A stretch of 64,000 nucleotides of DNA, from NCBI GenBank assembly GCA_050951325.1, contig JBMNIW010000001.1:256001-320000 (forward strand), written 5' to 3'. A program made the translations under genes and the position numbers. This document shows, one piece after another, positions 54,598 through 64,000 of this stretch; within the stretch, counting starts at the first letter, position 1, and each line of letters starts with the position of its first letter. Below the pieces are notes generated by a model. That model had not been told where the DNA came from, searched no databases, and worked only from the letters and a program-made list of their open reading frames with translations. This stretch comes from Clostridia bacterium. GTDB taxonomy: Bacteria; Bacillota; Clostridia; UBA1212; DUPL01.

Positions 54598-55517
54598 TTT
54601 GACGTTCCTCCAATCTCACTGATGGTTCTAAGAAAATACATCTCCAAGTCTTCAACTTCGACCTTCAAAAGCGTTGGAGGACAACCTGCATTTACAAGCA
54701 CCACAGCAACTTTGTCTGGATTATTAACAGCATGCTCATCCACAATCTGCAAAGAATCAAAACTTCTATGAACAATGTATCCATTATTGGAAAGAACAGC
54801 TTCCATATAATCTCTATCCCTTCCATCTATAATCAATGTTTTTTTCAATTGACTATGCAGCTGCTTTGCATCAATATTTTTTATTAGTTTTCCTTCATGT
54901 ATTATTGCAATATTAGTTGCAATCCTGGAAATCTCCTCTAGCTTGTGACTTGATATAAATATGGTTACATTTGAGTTCTGAGACAATTCCTTAAGCAGAC
55001 TACGTATTTCAACAATTCCAGCAGGATCAAGTCCGTTGGTAGGCTCATCAAGAATTAGAATCTTAGGGCTATGAATAATTGCTTTAGCAATACCAAGTCT
55101 TTGAGCATTTCCCAAAGACAAATGTTTTGCTTTCATTGATTCATAGCCATCCAACTTTAATTTCTTAATAACCCGGTCAACACATGTGTTATCATCTAAT
55201 CCCCTTAACTTGCGATAAATCTCCAAATTCTCTCTTACAGTCAAATTAGGATAGGAATATGGGGTTTCTACAAGATATCCCACATCAGACCAGATAGTAG
55301 TATTTCCCTTGTCTACTTTCTTGCCTAGGATAAAGCATTGTCCGGATGTTGGAGCAACCATTCCCAGCAACATCGTTATAGTAGTCGTCTTGCCAGCACC
55401 ATTAAGTCCAAGGAAACCAAATATCTCACCTCTGTTTATTGACAGGTTCATGTTATCAACCGCAGTGACATCCCTATACTTCTTTGTTAATCCAACAGTC
55501 TTTATTACGTCAATCAT
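54594..55517 (-). CDS. ABC transporter ATP-binding protein (BcrA-like)
   Basis: GLNGAGKT, LSLGNAQRL, ILDEPTNGLDP. Confidence 0.9.
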   Translation of the reverse strand: MIDVIKTVGLTKKYRDVTAVDNMNLSINRGEIFGFLGLNGAGKTTTITMLLGMVAPTSGQCFILGKKVDKGNTTIWSDVGYLVETPYSYPNLTVRENLEIYRKLRGLDDNTCVDRVIKKLKLDGYESMKAKHLSLGNAQRLGIAKAIIHSPKILILDEPTNGLDPAGIVEIRSLLKELSQNSNVTIFISSHKLEEISRIATNIAIIHEGKLIKNIDAKQLHSQLKKTLIIDGRDRDYMEAVLSNNGYIVHRSFDSLQIVDEHAVNNPDKVAVVLVNAGCPPTLLKVEVEDLEMYFLRTISEIGGTSK

Positions 55518-56115
55518 TTTCAAGTTCTCCTTCCAACACCTGGACGGCAAGACCTCTAATCAAGAGCTTAAGTGCATCGTCAAAATTCTTTGCTCCAACC
55601 TCTTCGATATGCAGCATACTCATAAATATTGCTCTGAGTGAAGCTGTAACAACTTCCAAACTAACTCCTTCTTTTATTTTGACATATAAGAAAATTTCAG
55701 AAGCAAAATGCATGTCAAACAAATGATGCTTAAGAATAAGCTCTTTAGGAAGTTTTCTCATTAAGTATTCCATCTCATTATCTTTAACAATATTGATTAT
55801 GAAAGAATGTCTGACTTTTTGATACAGCTCATAAATAAGCTCTGAAAACTTATCTGCATTTAAGTCTTCTTCACTCTTGAGACTGTCAGCCAGCCCTTCC
55901 AAAAGTGACTTTTGATAATCTTCCAATACAGTGAAAAACAGTATTTCTTTGGAATCATAGAATTTATAAAAGGAACCTTTTGCTATCCCCGCCATTTGCA
56001 CCAATTGGTCAACTGTTGTCTTCTTCACTCCATATCTGGATAAACATTCACGGGCAGCCTCTTTTAACTTGTCATTTATAAACCTTTTTTCTTCTTCACT
56101 AAATGCAACTGCCAT
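55510..56115 (-). CDS. TetR/AcrR-family regulator
   Basis: TTVDQLVQMAGIAKGSFYKFY. Confidence 0.9.
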   Translation of the reverse strand: MAVAFSEEEKRFINDKLKEAARECLSRYGVKKTTVDQLVQMAGIAKGSFYKFYDSKEILFFTVLEDYQKSLLEGLADSLKSEEDLNADKFSELIYELYQKVRHSFIINIVKDNEMEYLMRKLPKELILKHHLFDMHFASEIFLYVKIKEGVSLEVVTASLRAIFMSMLHIEEVGAKNFDDALKLLIRGLAVQVLEGELEND

Positions 56116-56131
56116 AACAACCTCCATACTG

Positions 56132-56159
56132 TATGACTGTTTTTGTGTATTCAGTCATA
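56132..56159. promoter_or_regulatory. Candidate TetR operator
   Basis: Inverted repeat TATGACTG...CAGTCATA just upstream of tetR RBS. Confidence 0.6.
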
Positions 56160-56184
56160 TCTTATCATAAAAAAAGACTAGTTG

Positions 56185-56802
56185 TCAATCTTTAAACCCA
56201 CCATTATCAAGACGATATATCACGAACTTATCCTTATCATTACTACCTTTAGAAACCATTATGTCACTAATCCTTCTAAACGGAGTACTGGTATTAAGAA
56301 AATCCAGATACTCACGATCCGGATAGTACAGTATCAAATCCATGGTTCTTCCATGTTTCTCAAATGAAAACAAAATATTCTGCACAACCTTTCTAAAAAT
56401 CTGTACTGTAAACGGATTAAAGAAATAAAAGCAGTTGTCCTTCTCCTCTATTCTATAATGCTGCGCAAGGCAACATAAAAACTCTACAGGAGCGGATATG
56501 TCTCCTGCTTTTAAATTGTAGCTATCCTTGTTCGCAAGAGCTTCTTCAAAAGTTATTCTATTTGCTTCAATGCCAACAACAGGCAGATTAAATCGGTCAT
56601 GCAGATAAAATGCGAAACGACCTCGGCCGCATCCAAAATCCACAACTTGATCAACTCCATTAAAATCATAATTTTCACATAGCACATCCAACGCCCTGTA
56701 TGGGGTTGCCTCATACCTATGATACTGTATATTCACTCCAAGCCATTCTCTTGTTCCAACTGTCACTATTCCTAGAGCTTCATCTCGTTTTCTTTCATCC
56801 AT
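56185..56802 (-). CDS. Class I SAM-dependent methyltransferase
   Basis: YEATPY, VDFGCGRGR, FYFFNPF. Confidence 0.85.
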   Translation of the reverse strand: MDERKRDEALGIVTVGTREWLGVNIQYHRYEATPYRALDVLCENYDFNGVDQVVDFGCGRGRFAFYLHDRFNLPVVGIEANRITFEEALANKDSYNLKAGDISAPVEFLCCLAQHYRIEEKDNCFYFFNPFTVQIFRKVVQNILFSFEKHGRTMDLILYYPDREYLDFLNTSTPFRRISDIMVSKGSNDKDKFVIYRLDNGGFKD

Positions 56803-57302
56803 TCCTGCTCCTTCATTTCGCTTATATAATCTTGCAGCCAAAAACGGTTGCATAAATAATACATAGTCTATTTCATTACAATAACCAGTTACATTATACA
56901 ATAAACCCAGCTAATAATAAATCTGCGTTGGGATACATTGAAGAAAACCTAAAAAACCAAATAACTGCATTGGTGTAATCCATTTCGTATTTAATTTTCA
57001 CCATTGGCAAATGGGCTGATACTTGTGGTAATATACTGTTTCAAATTGTTCCCTCTTTTATACTGACAGCATTCAGTCGTAGAAAATCCTTAAAATTAGA
57101 AGAACTACATTTTGAATTCCTGCCACTAAAAATAGTTTCAAGGTAAATATTAATACGTCATTTACTTTTCCAGCCGTAGCGGAAGTAATAATTTTTGACA
57201 TTATTACAGAAGTATATAATGCAACCGGGATTGGTATAGTTTTTATCAAAAATTATATATTAAAAATCGTACCAATGCATGAACGAGTGAATAAAATGAA
57301 TA

Positions 57303-57331
57303 TTGAAATTTATAAAAGACAGATGTATAAT
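57303..57331 (+). promoter_or_regulatory. Sigma-A promoter of tRNA gene
   Basis: TTGAAA-17 bp-TATAAT. Confidence 0.7.
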
Positions 57332-57345
57332 ATGTGATGAAAAAA

Positions 57346-57419
57346 GCGGGGTTAATTCATCGGTAGAATACTTGGTTCCCAACCAAGACAGGCGGGTTCG
57401 ACTCCCGTACTCCGCTCCA
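57346..57419 (+). tRNA. tRNA-Gly (anticodon CCC)
   Basis: Acceptor GCGGGGT/ACTCCGC, anticodon arm CTTGG-TTCCCAA-CCAAG, GGTTCGA, U73, encoded CCA. Confidence 0.95.
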
Positions 57420-57455
57420 AAAAAGATCTTGTTCGAACAAGAACAAGATCTTTTA
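57420..57455 (+). terminator. Terminator after tRNA
   Basis: AAAAGATCTTGTTC-gaacaa-GAACAAGATCTTTT. Confidence 0.75.
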
Positions 57456-57543
57456 TTTTTCCCATAAATATTTGTAAAACCTTTACAAAAAGAGAGAATT
57501 GAATATATAATACACAAAACAGGCAAATTGACGGAGGTATATT

Positions 57544-58521
57544 ATGAAACTCTCTAAACTATTGATTTTGCTTATGTGCGTCCTTATGCTCTTTGCAAGT
57601 TCATGTGATTCACAACCTGAATCAGATAATCCAACACCTGAACCTACAGAGACAGATATGCCCGAGGAAAAGAATACCATTCTATATCAACTGCCAACTC
57701 AAACACCACAGCAGATGATGTCTTATGTAATAATAACGAAAGACGAGTCCTGCATAGTAATTGATGGCGGAAATACAGGTGATGGCAATTATCTACTTAA
57801 CTTCCTGAAAGAGAAGACAGGAAAAGAAAAACCTGAAATTGATGCATGGTTCTTCTCCCATGCCCATTCCGATCACGTCAATGCATTTATAGCTTTGGTG
57901 AATCAGAAGAAAGATGAGTTTGCAGTCAAGAAAATATATTACAACTTCCCAAGTAAAGAATTTGTAAGGACGTACGACAGCTCCTCTGTGATTGAAACAA
58001 TGGACAATTTCCACGCCGCAGTTGAAAAGCTTGACAATACGGAAGTTATTATTCCCCAGGAGGGTGACAAGTTTGACATAGGTAGTGTTGAATTTGAAAT
58101 TCTAATGGTTCAGGACGAAGAAGCAAACTTCATGAGGAATGGCAATGTTGTAAATAATAGCTGCATGATTTTTAGAATGAAAGTTGAGGAACAAACAGTC
58201 CTTTTCCTTGGGGATACCGGTGTTGAGCAGGGAATTATGCTGTTAGTAAAGCATCGGGACTATCTTAAGAGCGACATGGTTCAAATGGCACATCACGGAC
58301 AGAACGGAGTTAACAAAAAGGTTTACGAAACCATCAATCCCAGCGTCTGCCTGTGGCCCACACCCGCCTGGCTATATAACAACGACAATGGCGGTGGTTA
58401 TGATTCCGGCCCATGGCTTACAATTGAAGTAAGAGGTTGGATGGAGGAACTAGGTGTCAAACATCACTTTATTGACAAGGACGGGCTGCACGAAATTGTA
58501 TTTCCTTTTGAACTGGACTGA
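57544..58521 (+). CDS. Metallo-beta-lactamase-fold lipoprotein, paralog of 9344..10273
   Basis: Lipobox ASSC, SHAHSDH, AHHG; long identical blocks such as LYQLPTQTPQQMMSYVIITKD. Confidence 0.85.
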   Translation: MKLSKLLILLMCVLMLFASSCDSQPESDNPTPEPTETDMPEEKNTILYQLPTQTPQQMMSYVIITKDESCIVIDGGNTGDGNYLLNFLKEKTGKEKPEIDAWFFSHAHSDHVNAFIALVNQKKDEFAVKKIYYNFPSKEFVRTYDSSSVIETMDNFHAAVEKLDNTEVIIPQEGDKFDIGSVEFEILMVQDEEANFMRNGNVVNNSCMIFRMKVEEQTVLFLGDTGVEQGIMLLVKHRDYLKSDMVQMAHHGQNGVNKKVYETINPSVCLWPTPAWLYNNDNGGGYDSGPWLTIEVRGWMEELGVKHHFIDKDGLHEIVFPFELD

Positions 58522-58560
58522 AATTATTGAGATAAGGCCTCCTGGTAATGGAGGCCACCT

Positions 58561-60465
58561 TTATTCATGCCGTAATGACTTGACAGGATCCAATGAGGAT
58601 GCTCTTGCTGCAGGTATAAAGCTTGCCATCATGCTTATACCAACACTTATTAATATCCCTAATATAACATGGGGAAGATTAATTGCAACAAGCTTGGTAC
58701 CAGTTATACGGTATAAAACAATGTTGGCAAAGCCACCTGTGACAACTGCAATCATTACACCAATTATTCCGCTGCTTAATCCAAGCAAGGTACCCTCAGA
58801 AAGAAAAATTCTTCTAATATCCGCCTCTCTTGCTCCTATTGCTCTTAAGATTCCAATTTCTTTTGTCCTCTCTACGACACTGATAAAAAGTACCACCATG
58901 ATCATTATACCAGATACCACAAGTGACACAGCGGCTACTCCAGTAAGCCCAATAGTAACAGTCTTGATGAATGACATGACTCTATTCAGAGCAGAATCTC
59001 TGCTGTTTATATCAAAACCAAGTTTCTTTACCGCCAATTTTATATGTTTCACATAATTATTACTTCCCGCAGTCACATAGAGAATGTTAACCGAACACTC
59101 AACATCTTCATAATTGGCATATACAGTCTTGATTCTGGAAGCAGGACTTCCATCGTTTTCAATAATTCCGCTGATAACAAATGTCCTTTGCTCATCGTCA
59201 TCCATTATCAACCCAACTTCCTTGCCAATCAAATAGTCATAATCCTTGTTCAACACATCAGCAACAGACTCACTTACAAGTATCTCACCACTTCTTGGCA
59301 TCCTTCCCTTCTTGAGGTCAAAAGAAGAACCCTTGTGAAGAGTTGACATAACTGCAATACTCTCGTTTCTGCCATCCACTTTTAAAATAGTGGACCCCGT
59401 TATTATACTTCCTTTTTCCACACTCTCAATCCCTGAAATGTCAAGTATATCTTCAACTTCCTCTTCAGTAAACGGCTCAAGATTTGCAAAAGATGCAAAC
59501 CTTCTTCCTGCAGAGCCATCCTTCCCCTGCTTTACCACCTCAATCATCAAAGGATTGGCTTGAGAGTACATCTGGCTGGATACATAGTTCCCTATACCTC
59601 TTGAAAGAAACAAGAGTATAACGACTGAGAATATTCCTATTCCAGTGCCTAGAGAAACCAGTATATTTCTAAGCTTGTTCTTTCTTATGTTTTTATACGC
59701 AGCAGATAGGGAATGCAAAACACCATAGCCTTTTGAAGAAAAATGCCTTGTCCTGTTGTCAAAATGTCTTTCAGATGCTTTGCCACCATCTTCCGATACA
59801 ATACCATATTCCAATCTAATAATTCTGTCACATTTTGCTGCCACTTTCTCAGAGTGGGTAACTACTAAAACCAGTTTGCCTTGCCGGGCTATGGACTTTA
59901 AGAGTTCAATAATTCTATCCGCATTATCCTTGTCAAGAGCTCCTGTTGGCTCATCCGCCAAAATTATATCAGGATCATTCATTAGAGCCCTTGCAATTGC
60001 CACTCTTTGTCTTTCTCCTCCGGACAAAGAATGCGGCATTTTATTCTCAAACCCAGCAAGCCCAAGCATGGAGAGCAGATTCAATGCTTTTCCTCTTTTT
60101 TCTTTTTTTGACATTGTAGTCATATCTGTTGGGACAAGTACATTTTCAATAACTGTATAACCAGGTATAAGGTTGAAGGACTGAAACACAAAACCAATAT
60201 TCATCTTCCTGTACTCATCCAGCTCTTTTCCCTTTAAATCCTTTATGTTCCTCCCACTAATTTGCACACTGCCTTCATAATCCGAATCAAGGCCGCCAAT
60301 TACATTCAAAAGAGTAGATTTCCCCGACCCGGATTCACCAACAACAGCAACAAGTTCCCCTTTATCCAAAGAGAGATTAACACCCTTGAGAACTTCCTGC
60401 ACCTTTCCGCTACTTATTGTGTAATTCTTTTGCAGCTGGTCAATCTCAATCAAAGCCATCATCAA
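58561..60465 (-). CDS. MacB-like ABC transporter (ATPase + FtsX permease)
   Basis: GESGSGKS, LSGGERQR, ADEPTGALD, ERTKEIGILRAIGA. Confidence 0.9.
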   Translation of the reverse strand: MMMALIEIDQLQKNYTISSGKVQEVLKGVNLSLDKGELVAVVGESGSGKSTLLNVIGGLDSDYEGSVQISGRNIKDLKGKELDEYRKMNIGFVFQSFNLIPGYTVIENVLVPTDMTTMSKKEKRGKALNLLSMLGLAGFENKMPHSLSGGERQRVAIARALMNDPDIILADEPTGALDKDNADRIIELLKSIARQGKLVLVVTHSEKVAAKCDRIIRLEYGIVSEDGGKASERHFDNRTRHFSSKGYGVLHSLSAAYKNIRKNKLRNILVSLGTGIGIFSVVILLFLSRGIGNYVSSQMYSQANPLMIEVVKQGKDGSAGRRFASFANLEPFTEEEVEDILDISGIESVEKGSIITGSTILKVDGRNESIAVMSTLHKGSSFDLKKGRMPRSGEILVSESVADVLNKDYDYLIGKEVGLIMDDDEQRTFVISGIIENDGSPASRIKTVYANYEDVECSVNILYVTAGSNNYVKHIKLAVKKLGFDINSRDSALNRVMSFIKTVTIGLTGVAAVSLVVSGIMIMVVLFISVVERTKEIGILRAIGAREADIRRIFLSEGTLLGLSSGIIGVMIAVVTGGFANIVLYRITGTKLVAINLPHVILGILISVGISMMASFIPAARASSLDPVKSLRHE

Positions 60466-61361
60466 CCCCCCATATTTCCATAAAATATGTTGGTTATGAA
60501 CTCCTCAACTTCCTCCCATGCCTTGTTTGCATCCTCCAGTTCGGGAAACAGCATCTGGAACACATGAAACATGCCTGGATACGTTGTCTGGGTAACTAAA
60601 ACACCTGCATCTTTAGCCTTTGCCGCAACCTTCAGTGTATCATTGAGGATTATCTCATCTCCACCTGCCTGCATCAGCATGGGTGGAAAATCATGATACT
60701 CTCCATATACAGGTGAGATGTATGGATTGTCCGCCCTTTCATTACCAACATATGCAGGCTTTCTTCTTTTGTAATTGAGATTTGTCCATGCCGACATGGT
60801 TATGAGTCCTGCAGGCATGGGCATATTATTATCCCTCAGGAAAAGTACTATTGCCAATGCAAGACCGCCGCCTGCAGAATCCCCCACGATAATTATATTT
60901 TCGGCAGTAAACCCATTATCCAAAAGCCAGTTGTATGCAAGAAGAGCATCTTCCAGTGCTGCAGGATATGGATCTTTTGGAGCAACCCTGTAGTCCACTG
61001 TCAGCACTGCCGCTCCACTTATTCTCGCATACTGCACTGCCGCCCTTCTGTAGGTCATGCCGTTATCCTTAAGCGACCGTGTATATGCTCCGCCATGCAG
61101 CTGCAGTATTGCCTTGTCAGGATTAGCATCCTTTTTCACGACCCATTCCATAGCAATACCATCAACCTCAAATATTTCAAGCGTATAATCCTCAGGCATC
61201 TTGAAATTCTTGTTCAGCTCATTCAGCATCTCAATATTCTTGTTGTCCTCAAAATCAAATCTGCCTATTTTGTCCTTTATTCTTTTATACATAAAGAAAA
61301 TGCCAATTGCAAAAACGAGTATAATTACCAATACAATTAATGATTTCTTCTTACTCATCAT
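60462..61361 (-). CDS. Membrane-anchored HSL-family esterase/lipase
   Basis: N-terminal TM; HGGAY, VDYRVAP, GDSAGG, MFHVF. Confidence 0.88.
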   Translation of the reverse strand: MMSKKKSLIVLVIILVFAIGIFFMYKRIKDKIGRFDFEDNKNIEMLNELNKNFKMPEDYTLEIFEVDGIAMEWVVKKDANPDKAILQLHGGAYTRSLKDNGMTYRRAAVQYARISGAAVLTVDYRVAPKDPYPAALEDALLAYNWLLDNGFTAENIIIVGDSAGGGLALAIVLFLRDNNMPMPAGLITMSAWTNLNYKRRKPAYVGNERADNPYISPVYGEYHDFPPMLMQAGGDEIILNDTLKVAAKAKDAGVLVTQTTYPGMFHVFQMLFPELEDANKAWEEVEEFITNIFYGNMGG

Positions 61362-61797
61362 CCCAACTCTCTTCCAGCATTACCTTGTATGTTTCAGTCA
61401 GTTTTTCCACAAGCTCAATCAGTTTGTCCGTATCGGATTCTCCTAGAGAATCCACAATCCTTTCTGCAACAGCCAGAATTCTTCCGTTTGCTTGTTCCAA
61501 GGCTTTCCTTCCCTCATCTGTAAGCTCAATATTTATGTTTCTTCTGTCATCCTTATCTATCATCCGGGTAATATAGTTTCTTTTTTCAAGGTCATTCAAA
61601 ATTCGGGTAATGGAAGGGCGTGACAATTCCAAAATTTCGGACAGCTCCGATGCTTTCAAGTATCCATCGTCCTTTGAAACATTTCTTAAAACTAAATATT
61701 CGCCCGTGGACAGATTCCCTTTGGCAAGCAGCTTGTTCAGCTGTTTTCTCATATTCAAAGTAGCGTATAAAAGATGTGCGCCTTTTAAAGTTTTCAT
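61351..61797 (-). CDS. MarR-family regulator
   Basis: SRPSITRILNDLEKRNYI...DDRR; AAGGAGG before ATG 61797. Confidence 0.9.
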   Translation of the reverse strand: MKTLKGAHLLYATLNMRKQLNKLLAKGNLSTGEYLVLRNVSKDDGYLKASELSEILELSRPSITRILNDLEKRNYITRMIDKDDRRNINIELTDEGRKALEQANGRILAVAERIVDSLGESDTDKLIELVEKLTETYKVMLEESWDDE

Positions 61798-61808
61798 GTT
61801 AACCTCCT

Positions 61809-61871
61809 TTGTTTTGATGTATAATAGTTTTGTATGTAAACTATTATACATCAAAACAATTAATGTGTCAA
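61809..61871 (-). promoter_or_regulatory. Consensus sigma-A promoter overlapped by a perfect 22-bp inverted repeat
   Basis: TTGACA (61866-61871)-17-TATAAT (61843-61848); arms 61809-61830 and 61838-61859. Confidence 0.8.
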
Positions 61872-61920
61872 AAAAAAAGCAAGGCAATAAATACCCTGCT
61901 TTTTTATGTATAAATCACTA

Positions 61921-62898
61921 TTAAAACTTTTTAAACCTGTCGCCAGGAACTCCGCAAATTGCGCACTTTTCTGGAACGTATTTCTCAATATTGCCGCATA
62001 CAGGACAGAGATAATAGAAAACTTCTTCAGTCTGATCAATATTCTCAAGTGCTTCCTGATACAGTCTTGCATGCACTTCCTCAGCTCTCATTGCAAAATT
62101 GAAGATAGTTGCAGCTGCTTTGTTTCCAGCTTCCTGAGCTTCCTTCAAGAATGGAGGATACATCTCCTTGTACTCATATGTCTCTCCTGCTATTGCATCT
62201 TTCAAGTTATCTTCTGTTGAACGAAGCTTGCCAGCTATTTCAAACTGCTTTCTTGCATGGATTGCTTCTGCTTCAGCAGCTGCCCTGAATAGTTTTGCGG
62301 CATTAATTCTTCCTTCCTTTTCAGCCTGCTCTGCATATGCCAAGTACTTTCTGTTAGCTTGAGATTCTCCTGCAAATCCTTCCATTAGATTTTTAACTGT
62401 TCTGTTTTCTTCCATTTCTTCTTCCTCCTTCTTTTCATACAAAAGCTTTAACAATTTTTCCGCTGATTCTTTAGGGAATCCTTCCGGATTCTTTTCAATC
62501 AGCGACCCCAACAACTCTTTGGCATTATCACTTTGAGGAAGCATAAAGCCTGCCTCACGCACGATATCTTCTGCCATAATTCTGTTGGACTTCTCGATAG
62601 CTTTGGCAAGATTTCCAGGTAAACTGCTTGCCATGTTTTCCTGGGTTGCCTTGCTGCGCAAAAGTGCATTCATTGCACCAACAACGGTTTCTGTTTTTGG
62701 CTGCTGGGGCGGATATTCAAAAGGCACCATGGATATCGCACCTGATGGACAAGCATCTGCACAGTCGCCGCAGCCAATGCACTTTTCCACATCTATTATG
62801 CTATTTTCCGTATCCGTTGCACCAGTAGGACATACATACAAACACAAGCAATCTTTTGTGCACAAACGTATATTTCTTACTGCATATTTTTCTGACAT
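61921..62898 (-). CDS. 4Fe-4S dicluster domain fused to rubrerythrin
   Basis: CIGCGDCADACP; FAGESQA, EAIHA, ETYE, EEVH, CPVCG...CAICG. Confidence 0.85.
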   Translation of the reverse strand: MSEKYAVRNIRLCTKDCLCLYVCPTGATDTENSIIDVEKCIGCGDCADACPSGAISMVPFEYPPQQPKTETVVGAMNALLRSKATQENMASSLPGNLAKAIEKSNRIMAEDIVREAGFMLPQSDNAKELLGSLIEKNPEGFPKESAEKLLKLLYEKKEEEEMEENRTVKNLMEGFAGESQANRKYLAYAEQAEKEGRINAAKLFRAAAEAEAIHARKQFEIAGKLRSTEDNLKDAIAGETYEYKEMYPPFLKEAQEAGNKAAATIFNFAMRAEEVHARLYQEALENIDQTEEVFYYLCPVCGNIEKYVPEKCAICGVPGDRFKKF

Positions 62899-62912
62899 AT
62901 TCATACCTCCCC

Positions 62913-63548
62913 TCAACCAACCTTTTCAAACTTCCAGTTAGGAACTTTACATACAGGACAAACATCCGGCAGCTTGTCTCCTATGTAGACAAATCCGCAA
63001 ATAGTACACACATGAACCTCAGCATTCTCAAGCATGGCATCTCCCTCTTTCATATATCGGGTGAGAATTGACTTGAGCATGCGGGTCACCTTTTCACTCC
63101 AGGTTAATGCACGCAAAGCACCCCTGTCTTTTTCTTCTGCAGCTACAGCATTTGCATTCGGCATACCCTCTGATAAATCCTTCTCCACCATTTCAAGCAG
63201 CTTGTCAAATCCTGGACTTTCATATGGAGCAGCAACCTTCTTGAAATATCCGGCCAGTTCCTTGAAAAGTTCCGATTCTTCCTGTTTGTACTGCTTTTCA
63301 CATCCTCTGGCAAGATTTGAAAACAGCGCACTGAGTTCCAATGGAGAAAGCTCGTCAACTTCAGTTGATACCTCAATTAAAGGTACTTCTTTCTCTTCCT
63401 GTACAGGTGCTGCTTCGCCCTTCTTTACAAACTCCGACTTGGATGCTCCACATAACGGGCACACCCAATCTTCCGGCAGCTCATTCCACGGTTTTTCATT
63501 GGATTCTTCATATTCGTAACCGCATACAGAACATACATATTTGACCAT
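62913..63548 (-). CDS. Rubredoxin-domain protein (two rubredoxin-like sites around a helical domain)
   Basis: CSVCG...WVCPLCG and CTICG...CPVC. Confidence 0.85.
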   Translation of the reverse strand: MVKYVCSVCGYEYEESNEKPWNELPEDWVCPLCGASKSEFVKKGEAAPVQEEKEVPLIEVSTEVDELSPLELSALFSNLARGCEKQYKQEESELFKELAGYFKKVAAPYESPGFDKLLEMVEKDLSEGMPNANAVAAEEKDRGALRALTWSEKVTRMLKSILTRYMKEGDAMLENAEVHVCTICGFVYIGDKLPDVCPVCKVPNWKFEKVG

Positions 63549-63821
63549 CGTACAACCTCCTCATTAATATTTATATTTAATCCTAACTAAATATACAAAA
63601 CAAAAATACCCATGAAGAAATATATCTTCATGGGTTAACATAATCAAGGCAGGTTAAATCCTTCAGTCTCGGCAATGGCAGACCGATAATACTTCTATAC
63701 AATTTCTGCTTCAATTTCTCAAACGAATACTTCACAAATATTGCTCCGTCCATTACATTTTTTATATAACTACAATACGATTTTACCTCATTTTCCGACA
63801 AAAGTCAATAACTTAATATAG

Positions 63822-64000
63822 TTACAATTTCACAGCATCCGGGTCTTCAGACAAACATATTTCAAGCAAAAGCTCCAATTCCTCCGTATGGTCATCACCA
63901 GGTTCCTCGTATTCCAAAAACTTTACAACATTCATTTCAAAACTATCAGCGCCGTATTTGTTCCAAAGTTCCTGAAGATGCTTGTTTGGATGAAGTTTTG
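63822..64000 (-). CDS. GIY-YIG-like protein, 3' end (partial)
   Basis: HPNKHLQELWNKYGADSFE...EELELL; start outside window. Confidence 0.6.
   Translation of the reverse strand, partial: KLHPNKHLQELWNKYGADSFEMNVVKFLEYEEPGDDHTEELELLLEICLSEDPDAVKL

Noticed and set aside
56910-57250. Possible ABC permease fragment on the minus strand
   Set aside because: Only a short hydrophobic stretch with stops; too weak
57346-57460. tRNA-Gly as integration site of an island in this window
   Set aside because: No duplicate of its 3' end or integrase seen; terminator follows directly
63630-63790. Small ORF upstream of the rubredoxin gene
   Set aside because: No convincing RBS or family motif

Overview
Low-GC Clostridia-type (Bacillota) chromosomal window. 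(1) 1-5940: decayed accessory island with an IS21 element, a GNAT, several pseudogenes and an att-like right end that truncates an ABC exporter. (2) 10.3-34.3 kb: unusual Gram-positive glycan-utilisation locus: GH2 beta-galactosidase, GH29 fucosidase, three surface GH99/GH71-like paralogs with a non-canonical catalytic motif, three AraC regulators and a family of surface proteins sharing one uncharacterised ~220-aa beta-rich domain. The same domain is fused to a cytoplasmic AraC regulator, a 20-bp-period GATATATTGA repeat lies upstream of the domain genes, and an unannotated 37-aa YxxP peptide gene is coupled to one of them. No sugar transporter is present. Two different IS1634 elements interrupt the locus, one with a 252-bp flanking direct repeat. 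(3) 34.4-64 kb: rRNA pseudouridine synthase, T-box-controlled MetRS2-type metG, TetR-MMPL module, a resistance/defence stretch (ant(6) chimera, Fic, Lsa-type ABC-F with uORF attenuator, collapsed mcrBC, IS21/GGDEF/GrpB remnants), ABC exporters, tRNA-Gly(CCC) and rubredoxin/rubrerythrin genes. All family calls are from motif recognition by eye; no database search was run.
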